A stretch of 64,000 nucleotides of DNA, from assembly GCA_023265625.1 (NCBI GenBank), contig JAHFST010000014.1:8005-72004 (forward strand), in the 5' to 3' direction. This document shows positions 1 to 9,014 of the stretch, piece by piece. The first letter of the stretch is position 1. Each line of letters starts with the position of its first letter. The stretch is from Deltaproteobacteria bacterium (GTDB taxonomy: Bacteria > UBA10199 > JACPAL01 > JAHFST01). The notes beneath the pieces were generated by a model that was not told the DNA's origin, did no database searches, and saw only the letters and a program-made list of their open reading frames with translations. The position numbers and the translations under genes are program-made.

Positions 1-183
1 GAACGCGAGCTCATTCTCAAGGCCTTGCAAAAAAGCGGTGGCAACAAAAACCAGGCGGCGATGCTCTTGAAGTTGAATCGGACGACGTTGTTGGAGAAAA
101 TCCGAAAATGCCGCCTGGAGAAGGAGGTTAAATCACTGACTCATGGAACCGGTACCCAACAGACAACTGCTGCTGGTCGATGA
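1..183 (+). CDS. sigma54-dependent transcriptional activator, C-terminal fragment (Fis-type HTH); 5' end outside window
   Basis: Frame 1 reads ERELILKALQKSGGNKNQAAMLLKLNRTTLLEKIRKCRL..., the typical Fis-family HTH tail of NtrC-type activators. TGA at 181-183. Overlaps the next gene by 41 nt. Confidence 0.6.
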   Translation, partial: ERELILKALQKSGGNKNQAAMLLKLNRTTLLEKIRKCRLEKEVKSLTHGTGTQQTTAAGR

Positions 184-1570
184 CGAACCAGCGTTGATCG
201 AGTTATTCCAAAGAATAGCCCAGAAGAAATCGTACGGCCTGCTGCTGGCCCGCGACGGGGGCGAGGCCTTGGAAATTCTCACCAAACATCCGGTGGATGT
301 GGCCCTGCTCGATTTGAATCTCAAGGGGTTATCCGGGCTGCAAGTCTTGGAACATCTTAAAAAAACACAGGTGGATACCGAGGCCATCGTGATCACGGGT
401 CGCGCGACCGTGGAATCCGCCATCGCCGCCCTTAAAATGGGGGCTTACGATTACATCACGAAACCCTTTGACGATGTGGATCAGCTTTGCCTGCGCATTG
501 AGAAGGCGATGGAAAAAGTCGCCCTGGTGCGCCGCTTGCATAAATTAGAGCAGGGTCATGTGGCGTCGGGGGATTTTTTGGATTTTGTCGGTAAGAGTCA
601 GAAGATGCGGGAGGTTTATGCCCTGATCGGGCATGTGGCCTCCGGTCTGTCGAATGTGCTGATCTTGGGAGAGAGCGGCACGGGCAAGGAGTTGGTGGCG
701 GCCGCGATCCATCAGAAGAGTGAACGACGCGACGGCCCTTTTACGGTGATCAATTGCGCCGCCGTTCCCGAGACCTTGTTAGAGAGCGAACTCTTTGGTT
801 ACGTCAAAGGGGCTTTTACGGGGGCGGTGGGCGATAAGACGGGTTTGTTTGAACAGGCGCAGGGCGGAACCATTTTTTTGGATGAGATTGGCGATATCTC
901 GGCCGCCATGCAGGTGAAGTTGCTCAGGGTCTTGCAAGACGGGGAGATTCGTCGCGTCGGGGGCAATCGGGTCTATTATTCCAATGCGCGGGTGATTGCG
1001 GCCACCAATCAGGACTTGGCGCAACTGGTCAAAAAGAAACTGTTTCGGGAAGACCTGTTTTATCGCCTGAACGTGATCAGCATCCAAGTGCCGCCGCTTC
1101 GGGAACGCGCCGAAGACATTCCCTTGTTGGCCTACCATTTTTTGCGGGAATTTGCCGAGCGCTTGAGGCGCCCTGTGCAAAAAATTTCCGTGGACGCCAT
1201 GCAATCGTTGCAGGCCTATCGTTGGCCCGGCAATGTGAGGGAGTTGGAAAACGCGATGGAACGCGCCGTCGTGTTGACGCACGGGGACACCGTTACGGCC
1301 AAGGATTTGCCCGCCAATTTGCTCGGGGCGGTTTTTTATCTGCCGGATGACCATGAACAACAGGAATTAAACCATCTACCTTATCAGGAGGCCAAAGAGC
1401 GCGCGGTGAATAACTTCAATAAAAACTATGTCCTTTATTTGCTAAAACAGGCGGGCGGAAATCTTTCCACGGCGTCCTTGAAGGCGGGGATGGATCGGAG
1501 TAATTTTAAAAAGATTGTAAAAAAATGCGCAGTTAACGTAAAAGAAATCAAGAAAGGGCTGATGGGATGA
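143..1570 (+). CDS. NtrC-family sigma54-dependent response regulator (REC + AAA+ + Fis HTH)
   Basis: Canonical receiver (LLVDDEP, LLDLNL, ITG, TKPF). Walker A GESGTGKE, GAFTGA loop, C-terminal HTH. Confidence 0.9.
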   Translation: MEPVPNRQLLLVDDEPALIELFQRIAQKKSYGLLLARDGGEALEILTKHPVDVALLDLNLKGLSGLQVLEHLKKTQVDTEAIVITGRATVESAIAALKMGAYDYITKPFDDVDQLCLRIEKAMEKVALVRRLHKLEQGHVASGDFLDFVGKSQKMREVYALIGHVASGLSNVLILGESGTGKELVAAAIHQKSERRDGPFTVINCAAVPETLLESELFGYVKGAFTGAVGDKTGLFEQAQGGTIFLDEIGDISAAMQVKLLRVLQDGEIRRVGGNRVYYSNARVIAATNQDLAQLVKKKLFREDLFYRLNVISIQVPPLRERAEDIPLLAYHFLREFAERLRRPVQKISVDAMQSLQAYRWPGNVRELENAMERAVVLTHGDTVTAKDLPANLLGAVFYLPDDHEQQELNHLPYQEAKERAVNNFNKNYVLYLLKQAGGNLSTASLKAGMDRSNFKKIVKKCAVNVKEIKKGLMG

Positions 1571-2937
1571 ATACCGGACGCATTGGGGTGGTCGCCTTAC
1601 AGGAAAAATTCGACAAGAAGATCTCAGCCCTCCTCGGCAAGGAAGGGTGGGAGGTGCGCGAATTGGAACCCCATGTCCTCATCGAGGGGCCCTTGCCCGA
1701 TGTGGATGTTGTCTTGCTTTATTTCGGCAAGGATGGAGCGGAGGCCGGGTTGGCCTTTCTCCGGGCCGTTAAAGAGAAGAGCGAGGAGTTGCCGGTCATC
1801 TGTCTTTCCAAGTCGGTGGGGGTGGAACAAGTGGTTGGCCTGATGAAGGGCGGGGCGTTTGACTACTTTGAGATGCCCCCGCATTTTGGCAAATTAAAGC
1901 TCTCGTTGGGCAATGCGATTCGCACCACCCATCTGACCAAGAAGGTCATGGTGTTGGAGAGTCAAGTGGGGTGGCAGGGCAAGTTTGATGATTTGGTGGG
2001 CACCTCGGCCTCCATGTTGGAAATTTTCCAGATGATCCAGACGGTTTCCAAGAGTAATGCCACCGTTTTGGTCATGGGGGAGAGTGGGACTGGGAAGGAA
2101 TTGGTGGCGCGGGCGATTCACCGTCATTCGGACCGTTCCGCGAATAAATTTATCGACATCAACTGCGGGGCGATCCCAAAAGAATTGTTGGAGAACGAGC
2201 TCTTTGGTCACGAGCGAGGCGCCTACACGGGCGCCGATCGCCTGTACATTGGCAGTTGTGAAAGGGCCGGTGGTGGCACGCTCTTTTTAGACGAAGTCAG
2301 CGAGATGGATGCCGCCTTGCAAGTGAAGTTGCTGCGCGTCATTCAGGAGCGTTGTCTGACCCGCGTGGGTGGGACGGAGCGCATCGAGCTTGATATCCGG
2401 ATTGTCGCCGCCACCAACAAAGACCTGCGGGCGGAGGTCACCAAGGGGACTTTTCGCGAGGATCTCTTTTACCGGCTCAATGTGGTGCCGATCGTGATTC
2501 CTCCCCTGCGCGTCCGGCCCGACGATGTCCCGCTGTTGGCCCAACATTTTTTGGAAAAATTTAACGAAGAAAATCGCAAGCGCTTCAAAGGATTCACCCC
2601 GGAGGCGATGGAAGTTTTGATGAACTATGATTGGCCGGGTAATGTGCGGGAATTGGAGAATAATATCGAACGCGTGGTGGTCTTGTCTGATGACAGCAAG
2701 GTCAAGCCCGCTCATTTACCGCGTTTTATTGTGAATACGGAAAAGAAGCTGATCAAAAACCTGTTTCCCGGCGGGGATGCGTATCAGAAGATATTGTCGC
2801 TCGATCAGGTGGAACGTTATGCGATCGAAGCGGCGATTAACCGGTGCCGCGGGGATGTGCTGGTGGCGGCCCGTAAGCTGGGGATAGGCCAGGCCACCCT
2901 CTACCGCAAAATCAAACGATATAAAATACGCGTGTAA
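1567..2937 (+). CDS. sigma54-dependent activator with degenerate (pseudo)receiver N-domain
   Basis: [22 protein letters not shown]-type AAA+ core and HTH (GIGQATLYRKIKRY). The N-domain lacks the acidic pocket: LLYFGKDG replaces LLDxxMP, and FEMP replaces xKP. ATGA overlap with the upstream gene. Confidence 0.85.
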   Translation: MNTGRIGVVALQEKFDKKISALLGKEGWEVRELEPHVLIEGPLPDVDVVLLYFGKDGAEAGLAFLRAVKEKSEELPVICLSKSVGVEQVVGLMKGGAFDYFEMPPHFGKLKLSLGNAIRTTHLTKKVMVLESQVGWQGKFDDLVGTSASMLEIFQMIQTVSKSNATVLVMGESGTGKELVARAIHRHSDRSANKFIDINCGAIPKELLENELFGHERGAYTGADRLYIGSCERAGGGTLFLDEVSEMDAALQVKLLRVIQERCLTRVGGTERIELDIRIVAATNKDLRAEVTKGTFREDLFYRLNVVPIVIPPLRVRPDDVPLLAQHFLEKFNEENRKRFKGFTPEAMEVLMNYDWPGNVRELENNIERVVVLSDDSKVKPAHLPRFIVNTEKKLIKNLFPGGDAYQKILSLDQVERYAIEAAINRCRGDVLVAARKLGIGQATLYRKIKRYKIRV

Positions 2938-2960
2938 GGGCGTATGCAATACGCCCCTAC
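2934..2960. repeat. palindromic element copy (GTAAGGGCGTATGCAATACGCCCCTAC), intergenic
   Basis: Begins inside the stop codon of the upstream gene. Same family as 4832-4859 and 53957-53984. Confidence 0.8.
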
Positions 2961-2969
2961 AGGTTTCCT

Positions 2970-3986
2970 ATGGCTGTATATGCTGTCATCATGGCGGGAG
3001 GAAGTGGGACGCGGCTCTGGCCGCTCTCGCGCGAGGGCTTTCCCAAATTTCTCTTGCCGCTCTTTCCGGCATCTTTGTTGGAGCTGGCGGTGCGCCGTGT
3101 GCAACCGTTTATCCCCCTGAAAAACGTGCGGATTGTCTGCGGTGTCAAACAGTACCAGGCGATTCGCAAGTCGCTGCCATTTCTCAAAAAACAGAATTTT
3201 ATTATCGAGCCGACGGGCCGTAACACCGCGCCTTGTATTGGCTTGGCGGCGGCTATTTTGTCGCGACAAGACCCGCGGGCCTTGCTCGTGATCTTGCCCG
3301 CCGATCCGTTGATTCGCAATCGACGCTCGTTTCAAGCGAGTGTGCGGCAGGCGGTGCGATTTGCGACCCAGCACGAGGCGATAATGACGGTGGGGATTAA
3401 GCCGCGGTCGCCGCATACGGGTTATGGCTACATTGAAACGGAACAGCCCAAGCAAGCGGGTGTGTTTAAGGTCAAGCAGTTTACCGAAAAACCGGATGCC
3501 AAGACGGCTCAACGTTATGTGCAGGGTCAGCGTCATCTTTGGAACACCGGTATCTTTGTCGGACGCGCGGCGGTTTTTCTTTCTGAACTCAAACGCTGGG
3601 AACCGAAGCTTGCGCGGGGTTTAGGGACACTCGCAACGGGTCGGGTCACCTTGGCGGCTTATCGTCGCTTGCCGGCTATCTCGATTGACTATGCCGTGGC
3701 CGAACGCAGTGACAAGATGTGGACGGTGCCGGCGACGTTTGATTGGGAGGATATTGGTGATTTGCAGGTGTTGAGCAACTTGCAAGGTCAGGCCCCTGAT
3801 GTGTCCATTGGTTCAAATCGCGTCGCTGTCATCGGCAAAAAACGATTTGTCGCCACGGTTGGGGTGCAAGATTTGGTGATTGTCGAAACCCCCGATGCCT
3901 TGCTGATTGTCCAGAGAGATCAGGTGCAGCGTGTCAAAGAGGTAGTTGACCTCTTGAAGAAAAAAGGGGTAGCACGCCTGCTGTGA
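2970..3986 (+). CDS. manC: mannose-1-phosphate guanylyltransferase-like nucleotidyltransferase
   Basis: N-terminal AVIMAGGSGTRLWPLSR sugar-nucleotidyltransferase signature. 338 aa, no PMI domain. Confidence 0.75.
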   Translation: MAVYAVIMAGGSGTRLWPLSREGFPKFLLPLFPASLLELAVRRVQPFIPLKNVRIVCGVKQYQAIRKSLPFLKKQNFIIEPTGRNTAPCIGLAAAILSRQDPRALLVILPADPLIRNRRSFQASVRQAVRFATQHEAIMTVGIKPRSPHTGYGYIETEQPKQAGVFKVKQFTEKPDAKTAQRYVQGQRHLWNTGIFVGRAAVFLSELKRWEPKLARGLGTLATGRVTLAAYRRLPAISIDYAVAERSDKMWTVPATFDWEDIGDLQVLSNLQGQAPDVSIGSNRVAVIGKKRFVATVGVQDLVIVETPDALLIVQRDQVQRVKEVVDLLKKKGVARLL

Positions 3987-5320
3987 CGCGCCTTCCGCTG
4001 GATGACTACGCACAGTTTACCCGCCACCTGGGCGATCGGGAATTCTTCGGCATGAAGCTCGGCCTGGAACGAGTCCAGGCGGTCTTGCAGCGCCTGGGAA
4101 ATCCGGAACGAAATTTTTCTTCTATTCATATTGCCGGGACTAACGGTAAGGGATCGACCGCCTGCTTTTTGGCAGGCATCCTGCGTCAGGCTGGATACAG
4201 GGTAGGGCTCTATACCTCGCCTCATCTTGTTGATTTTTGCGAGCGGATCCGTGTGGGGGCGCAGCATCCGCCAGAGGCGGATCAGCCTCCGGCTGAAGCG
4301 GCGCCCCTACATATCACCCCCGATGATGTTCTGAGGTTGGGACGAATCATTACGGATTGTGAAACCGAACCCTTGACCTTTTTTGAGATGACGACCGTGA
4401 TGGCCCTGCTGTATTTTGCGGAACATAATACAGGGGCGTATGGCGATACGCCCCTACTGGCCATCTTAGAGACAGGTTTAGGCGGACGACTGGATGCTAC
4501 CAATGTAGTGACGCCGTTGGTTTCTGTCATCACGACTATCGGGTTCGATCACCAGCAGTACCTGGGGGATTCCTTAGAAAAGATTGCGGCGGAAAAGGGG
4601 GGGATCATCAAACCGGGGGTGCCTGTGGTGTGTGGCGTTAGTGACCCCGGGCCGCGGCAGGTTTTGGAACGGATGGCCGCGGAACGAAAGGCCCCCTGGA
4701 TCCCTGTGGGGGCGTATGGCAATACGCCCCTACAAGACCGCGATTATCCCTTGGGTTTGGCCGGGGAATATCAGCGGTTAAATGCGGCCTTGGCGGTGGC
4801 GGTTGTTAATTTATTGGCAAATGGGGGTCCTGTAGGGGCGTATTGCAATACGCCCCTACAAAACATCACCGATGCACAGATTCGCGCAGGCCTGCTCCAG
4901 GCCCGTTGGCCAGGCCGATTAGAATCAATCCAAACCCCGGGAGGCCAGGACATCCTGCTAGACGGCGCCCATAACGTGCCAGCCATGCAAGCATTGGTCG
5001 ATCACCTCAAAAAAACCTATGCCCAGCGCCCGATCCATCTTCTATTTGGAGCCATGTCGGACAAGGATTGGCCGGCGATGCTGCGTTTGTTAGCCCCCCT
5101 CTGTCAGCAGGCGACATTTGTCCGGCCTAACCTCAAACGGGCCGAAGATCCCCTACGGTTTCAAGAATTAGCCCAATCCGTCGGGTTACGATCCGAGGTG
5201 GTCCCAGCCGTGGCAAAGGGGTTCTCCCAGGCTATGGCAGGCCTGCCTCGGGATGGTCTCTTACTGGTGACGGGGTCTTTGTTTGTCGTTGGAAACGTTC
5301 ATGAATTGCTAAAATTTTAA
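3983..5320 (+). CDS. folC: bifunctional folylpolyglutamate synthase / dihydrofolate synthase
   Basis: Mur-ligase family motifs HIAGTNGKGST, ETGLGGRLDATN, DGAHN. ATGA-type overlap with manC. Carries three in-frame palindrome copies. Confidence 0.85.
   Translation: MTRLPLDDYAQFTRHLGDREFFGMKLGLERVQAVLQRLGNPERNFSSIHIAGTNGKGSTACFLAGILRQAGYRVGLYTSPHLVDFCERIRVGAQHPPEADQPPAEAAPLHITPDDVLRLGRIITDCETEPLTFFEMTTVMALLYFAEHNTGAYGDTPLLAILETGLGGRLDATNVVTPLVSVITTIGFDHQQYLGDSLEKIAAEKGGIIKPGVPVVCGVSDPGPRQVLERMAAERKAPWIPVGAYGNTPLQDRDYPLGLAGEYQRLNAALAVAVVNLLANGGPVGAYCNTPLQNITDAQIRAGLLQARWPGRLESIQTPGGQDILLDGAHNVPAMQALVDHLKKTYAQRPIHLLFGAMSDKDWPAMLRLLAPLCQQATFVRPNLKRAEDPLRFQELAQSVGLRSEVVPAVAKGFSQAMAGLPRDGLLLVTGSLFVVGNVHELLKF
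4430..4457. repeat. palindromic element copy inside folC (ACAGGGGCGTATGGCGATACGCCCCTAC)
   Basis: Translated in frame as T-GAYGDTPL-L. Confidence 0.8.
4706..4733. repeat. palindromic element copy inside folC (GTGGGGGCGTATGGCAATACGCCCCTAC)
   Basis: Translated in frame as V-GAYGNTPL-Q. Confidence 0.8.
4831..4860. repeat. palindromic element copy inside folC (TGTAGGGGCGTATTGCAATACGCCCCTACA, perfect 30-nt palindrome)
   Basis: Translated in frame as [10 protein letters not shown]; exactly 10 codons. Confidence 0.85.
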
Positions 5321-5359
5321 CACGCAACTCGCCCCCCCGAGGTTGCCGATAATGGATAC

Positions 5360-6559
5360 ATGTCAGATCCGGATAAGATTGATGGTAGATGCACTCAGTT
5401 GCCTTATGAAGTGGATCCTGGGTCTGTGAAATGGATGCAGGAGTATTTTGCCAAGCATCCAGAGGCAAAGTCGATTCCCAGTAAAGAGGTTCCGGGTATC
5501 CACAAAAAGGCTGCGGAATCGGTTCGAGGACAACTGGAGGACCATTTCAAGGGGGCCAGTCGGGCTGATCTGGCGAGATTTATTGAAGTTGGAAGTCACT
5601 ACTGTGACTGGCAACAAGCCATGGGACAGGAGTGGCAAGTGGTTTCAAAGGCCCTGATTCAGGATATCGAGCAGAAGGTGCCCGCGCTCAAGGGGAAGGT
5701 GAGTTTGGTTCCGGAACGCGACTACAATCAATGGGTGGTGCGTCTTGAGGTCAAGGGTCGGATGGCCCATAATGACCCGCACCTACGGGATTTGCAACGC
5801 ACGGTGTTGGGTTATTTTCAGCGACGGTTGAATGGTCCCGATAAGGCCCCGTTACGCTATTTGGTGAAATGGACCTTGGCCGGAGACTGGAAAAATTCCA
5901 GGGCCTCATTGTTGCTCTTACCGCTCTTATTTTTAGGGACTTCCTCCCATTATGGCAATGGGGACGGCTTTGATGGGCGCGGTACGGCGGCCTCGACTCC
6001 GGGATTAACATTGATATTCAGTCAATATCATTTAACGGCGGCTCAGCGTTATGGAGCCACGGGAACCGTTAATTTGTGCCAAGGTCCCACTGGGGGAACT
6101 ATTTGCATCAAGAATGACAAGGGACCCTATGGCGTCCCGCGCGAATTTGACGTGACGCCGGCGGTGGCGCAAAAGGTGGACGGCGCCCATGGCTATTTCC
6201 CAATGAAAATGTCTATTTTTGGGATGGATGGCAAAAACTTTGCCGATCAAACCATGGTGTTTCCCGGCATCGGAACTTTTACCACGCCTACGACTTTGGA
6301 TGACAAGGGCCATGTGCTCCTGGCGGTCTTTCCCAAGACAATAGATCCAATTGTGCTGATGGCGCAGCTGCCTCCGGCGTTGCAACAAAACTTTCGATCG
6401 CAACAGATCAATTCCAACGGTCAAGTGTTCAACGTCATTGTTTCCAGCCAGGAAATGGCAAAGCCCAGGGATTTCAATGCAGTCATCAAAAAAATTCATG
6501 ATATCTCCGGCCTTCGCCCCGGTTGGATTTCCACTGACCAACTGTACGCCCGCCAGTAA
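5360..6559 (+). CDS. hypothetical protein with one central hydrophobic segment
   Basis: 399-aa ORF with coding-like composition. SLLLLPLLFLGTS is a candidate TM segment. No motif recognised. Confidence 0.5.
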   Translation: MSDPDKIDGRCTQLPYEVDPGSVKWMQEYFAKHPEAKSIPSKEVPGIHKKAAESVRGQLEDHFKGASRADLARFIEVGSHYCDWQQAMGQEWQVVSKALIQDIEQKVPALKGKVSLVPERDYNQWVVRLEVKGRMAHNDPHLRDLQRTVLGYFQRRLNGPDKAPLRYLVKWTLAGDWKNSRASLLLLPLLFLGTSSHYGNGDGFDGRGTAASTPGLTLIFSQYHLTAAQRYGATGTVNLCQGPTGGTICIKNDKGPYGVPREFDVTPAVAQKVDGAHGYFPMKMSIFGMDGKNFADQTMVFPGIGTFTTPTTLDDKGHVLLAVFPKTIDPIVLMAQLPPALQQNFRSQQINSNGQVFNVIVSSQEMAKPRDFNAVIKKIHDISGLRPGWISTDQLYARQ

Positions 6560-6562
6560 ACG

Positions 6563-6610
6563 TTGACAAACCAGTCAGGTTATATTACTATTTTAAATAA
6601 AAGTAATATA
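6563..6610 (+). promoter_or_regulatory. sigma70-type promoter plus inverted-repeat operator of the RHH/PIN operon
   Basis: TTGACA (6563-6568), 17-nt spacer, TACTAT (6586-6591). Inverted repeat TATATTACT (6581-6589) / AGTAATATA (6602-6610) spans the -10 and ends 1 nt before the ATG. Confidence 0.5.
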
Positions 6611-6611
6611 T

Positions 6612-6905
6612 ATGGATACCATCTTCTCACTCAAAATGCCCTCGTCCCTGTTGACTCAATTGGAGACGATGGCCCATCAAACGGCCCGTACGCGCGGGGC
6701 CTTGATCCGGGAGGCCGTGGTATTCTTCATGGAGCGGCACGGGTCTTTGGAGGCCCAGATTGACGGAATCACCAAGGCCATTCGGAGCGGCAAGAAACCT
6801 CATGTGACGGTCGACTGGAAGGAACTGCGCCGGTGCGCCGCCTCTGGGGAATGCCACGAGTCTCCAGAACAAGAAGTCCTGCGCGGACGGCATCGCGGTT
6901 TATGA
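6612..6905 (+). CDS. ribbon-helix-helix (CopG/VapB-like) antitoxin
   Basis: N-terminal beta-strand plus helix pattern (FSLKMPSSLLTQLETMAHQTARTRGALIREAV). ATGA overlap with the downstream PIN gene. Confidence 0.7.
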   Translation: MDTIFSLKMPSSLLTQLETMAHQTARTRGALIREAVVFFMERHGSLEAQIDGITKAIRSGKKPHVTVDWKELRRCAASGECHESPEQEVLRGRHRGL

Positions 6906-7342
6906 AAAGACTGTTTATTGATTCCGACCTCTTTGTGCGCGATCTGCGTTACCCGCGCGATGCGCGTACGGCCATCAACTCCCGGTTTTTGGAACGGGTC
7001 AAGAAGGGGACCCTGCGCGGGGCCACCTCCATCTTCAACGTCCTGGAGGTCTGCGGCATCCTGTCTCACAACTATTCCGTGTCGCAGTTAACCGGCCTGT
7101 ACGCCGATTTTTGTTCCCACTACCGCCTGCAAGTTTTCTTTCCCGCCGATGAGGATGGGGGACTGCAATACGACATTGCCAAGATTTTCACCCAGATGCA
7201 AAAGAAGCAAAGCCTGGGTGATGCCCAGATCGGTTATGTGGTGGAGCGTTTCTCCAATCAAATCTCCTCGTTTGTATCCTGGAACGCCGCTCACTTTGTC
7301 GGCAAATTTTCCGTCCCGGTGGTGACACCGGAGCATTTTTAA
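6902..7342 (+). CDS. PIN-domain toxin (VapC-like)
   Basis: MKRLFIDSD... gives the first acidic residue, then LEV, LGDAQ and SWNAAHF at positions expected for PIN acidic residues. Start taken at the ATG overlapping the antitoxin stop; the ORF-track start at 6833 is an upstream extension. Confidence 0.65.
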   Translation: MKRLFIDSDLFVRDLRYPRDARTAINSRFLERVKKGTLRGATSIFNVLEVCGILSHNYSVSQLTGLYADFCSHYRLQVFFPADEDGGLQYDIAKIFTQMQKKQSLGDAQIGYVVERFSNQISSFVSWNAAHFVGKFSVPVVTPEHF

Positions 7343-7395
7343 GCCCATTTTGATGGTTAATTGACTTCACAAAACCCCTTTGCTAGGACCTCTCA

Positions 7396-8031
7396 GTGGA
7401 TAAAGTCACGCTGTTCTTTCTATTTTTTCCCGCATTCTTATTTTCGTTGTCCTTTCATGAATGCGCCCATGCGTGGACCGCGAATCGCCTGGGAGACTCG
7501 ACGGCCCGGCTCTTGGGGCGGATGACCTTGAACCCGATCCCGCATATTGACCTGCTGGGCACCATTTTGTTGCCCATGCTGACCTTCATGGCCCCCACCG
7601 GGTTGATACCCATTGGGGGCTGGGCCAAGCCGGTTCCGGTCAACTACGCGCGTCTCCAAGGGGGACGCAAAGGGGTTTTGCTGGTGGCCTTGGCGGGCCC
7701 GGCTTCCAATATCTTGCTCGCGGTGGTTTTTGCCCTGTTATTGCGCGGCCTGCTCTTGGCGGGAATTAATGTCACCGGGGCCGATGCCTTGTTTGGTATC
7801 TTTGAGATCGGAGTTTTCATTAATCTGGGATTGGCTTTTTTTAATTTGATCCCGATCCATCCCCTGGACGGCGGCAAGGTCTTGGAGGGGATTTTGCCCT
7901 ACCGGTGGTTGCCCGTCTTTGACCAGGTGAATCGTTACGGGATGTGGATTTTGATTGCCTCCTTTTACCTTGGGTTGTTACGTATTATCTGGATCCCGGT
8001 GCGATTGGCGGGGGCCCTGTTACTGCCATGA
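7396..8031 (+). CDS. site-2 protease family (M50) membrane metalloprotease
   Basis: HECAHAW (HExxH) in the first TM region, multiple TM segments, NLIPIHPLDGG motif. Confidence 0.8.
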   Translation: MDKVTLFFLFFPAFLFSLSFHECAHAWTANRLGDSTARLLGRMTLNPIPHIDLLGTILLPMLTFMAPTGLIPIGGWAKPVPVNYARLQGGRKGVLLVALAGPASNILLAVVFALLLRGLLLAGINVTGADALFGIFEIGVFINLGLAFFNLIPIHPLDGGKVLEGILPYRWLPVFDQVNRYGMWILIASFYLGLLRIIWIPVRLAGALLLP

Positions 8032-9014
8032 AACAAAAAATACGAGTGGTGAGCGGCATGCGTCCTACCGGTAAGCTCCATCTGGGGCATTACCATGGGG
8101 TGTTGCGCAATTGGCTCCAGTTGCAACAGGACTATGACTGTTTCTTTTTTATCGCCGATTGGCATGCCTTGACCACCGAGTATGCCGAGCCGGGGGTGAT
8201 TCGGGATTATCGCCGTGAGCTGCTGGCCGACTGGCTGGCGGTGGGGTTGGATCCCGAGCATGCGACGCTCTTCGTCCAATCGGAGGTCAAGGCCCATGCT
8301 GAGCTTCATTTGTTGCTTTCGATGATCACCCCCCTGGGGTGGTTGGAACGCGTTCCTTCTTACAAGGACATGCGGCAGGAGCTGAGCCACAAGGATCTTT
8401 CCACCTATGGTTTTTTGGGCTACCCGCTCTTGCAGGCGGCCGACATCGCGCTCTACGACGGGGCCAAGGTCCCGGTGGGGATTGATCAGGTCCCGCATAT
8501 TGAATTGGCGCGGGAAATTGTGCGCCGGTTTAATTCACTCTATGGTAAAACCATGGTCGAGCCGCAGGCGATGCTGACCAAGGCCCCCAAATTGCTCGGG
8601 ACGGATGGGAAAAAAATGAGCAAGAGTTTGAACAACTGCGTTTATCTTTCCGATTCATCGGAAGAGTTGCGGAAAAAGTTGATGCCGGCGATCACGGATC
8701 CGGCCCGGATGCGTCGTACCGACCCGGGCAACCCAGAGGTGTGCCTGATTTTTGACCTGCACAAGCTGCACACCCCGCCGGAAGAGGTGACGCGTATTGA
8801 CGGAGATTGCCGGACGGCGGCGATAGGTTGTGTCGATTGTAAAAAAACGTTATTTTCAGGGCTCGATGCCTTTTTGGATCCGATTCGAAAAAAGCGCGAA
8901 TTGTTCTTGCAGGATACGGCGCGCCTTGATGAGATCGCCTTTCAGGGCAAGCAGCGGGCCGAACAAGTGGCCGGTGACACCATGGATCGGGTGAGGAAGG
9001 CGATGAAGCTATGA
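8028..9014 (+). CDS. trpS: tryptophan--tRNA ligase
   Basis: MKQKIRVVSGMRPTGKLHLGHYHG (HIGH motif) and KMSKS. ATGA overlap with the M50 gene. The ORF-track start at 7944 is an upstream extension. Confidence 0.9.
   Translation: MKQKIRVVSGMRPTGKLHLGHYHGVLRNWLQLQQDYDCFFFIADWHALTTEYAEPGVIRDYRRELLADWLAVGLDPEHATLFVQSEVKAHAELHLLLSMITPLGWLERVPSYKDMRQELSHKDLSTYGFLGYPLLQAADIALYDGAKVPVGIDQVPHIELAREIVRRFNSLYGKTMVEPQAMLTKAPKLLGTDGKKMSKSLNNCVYLSDSSEELRKKLMPAITDPARMRRTDPGNPEVCLIFDLHKLHTPPEEVTRIDGDCRTAAIGCVDCKKTLFSGLDAFLDPIRKKRELFLQDTARLDEIAFQGKQRAEQVAGDTMDRVRKAMKL

Noticed and set aside
7944-8027. Upstream extensions of real genes in the ORF track (trpS from 7944, gspD from 14240, gspL from 23119, gspH from 20104, gspI from 20663, PIN from 6833, FHA-EBP from 30337)
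   Set aside because: The extensions overlap the preceding genes in other frames and add non-homologous residues. Internal starts with SD sequences or ATGA/GTGA coupling give the canonical N-termini.
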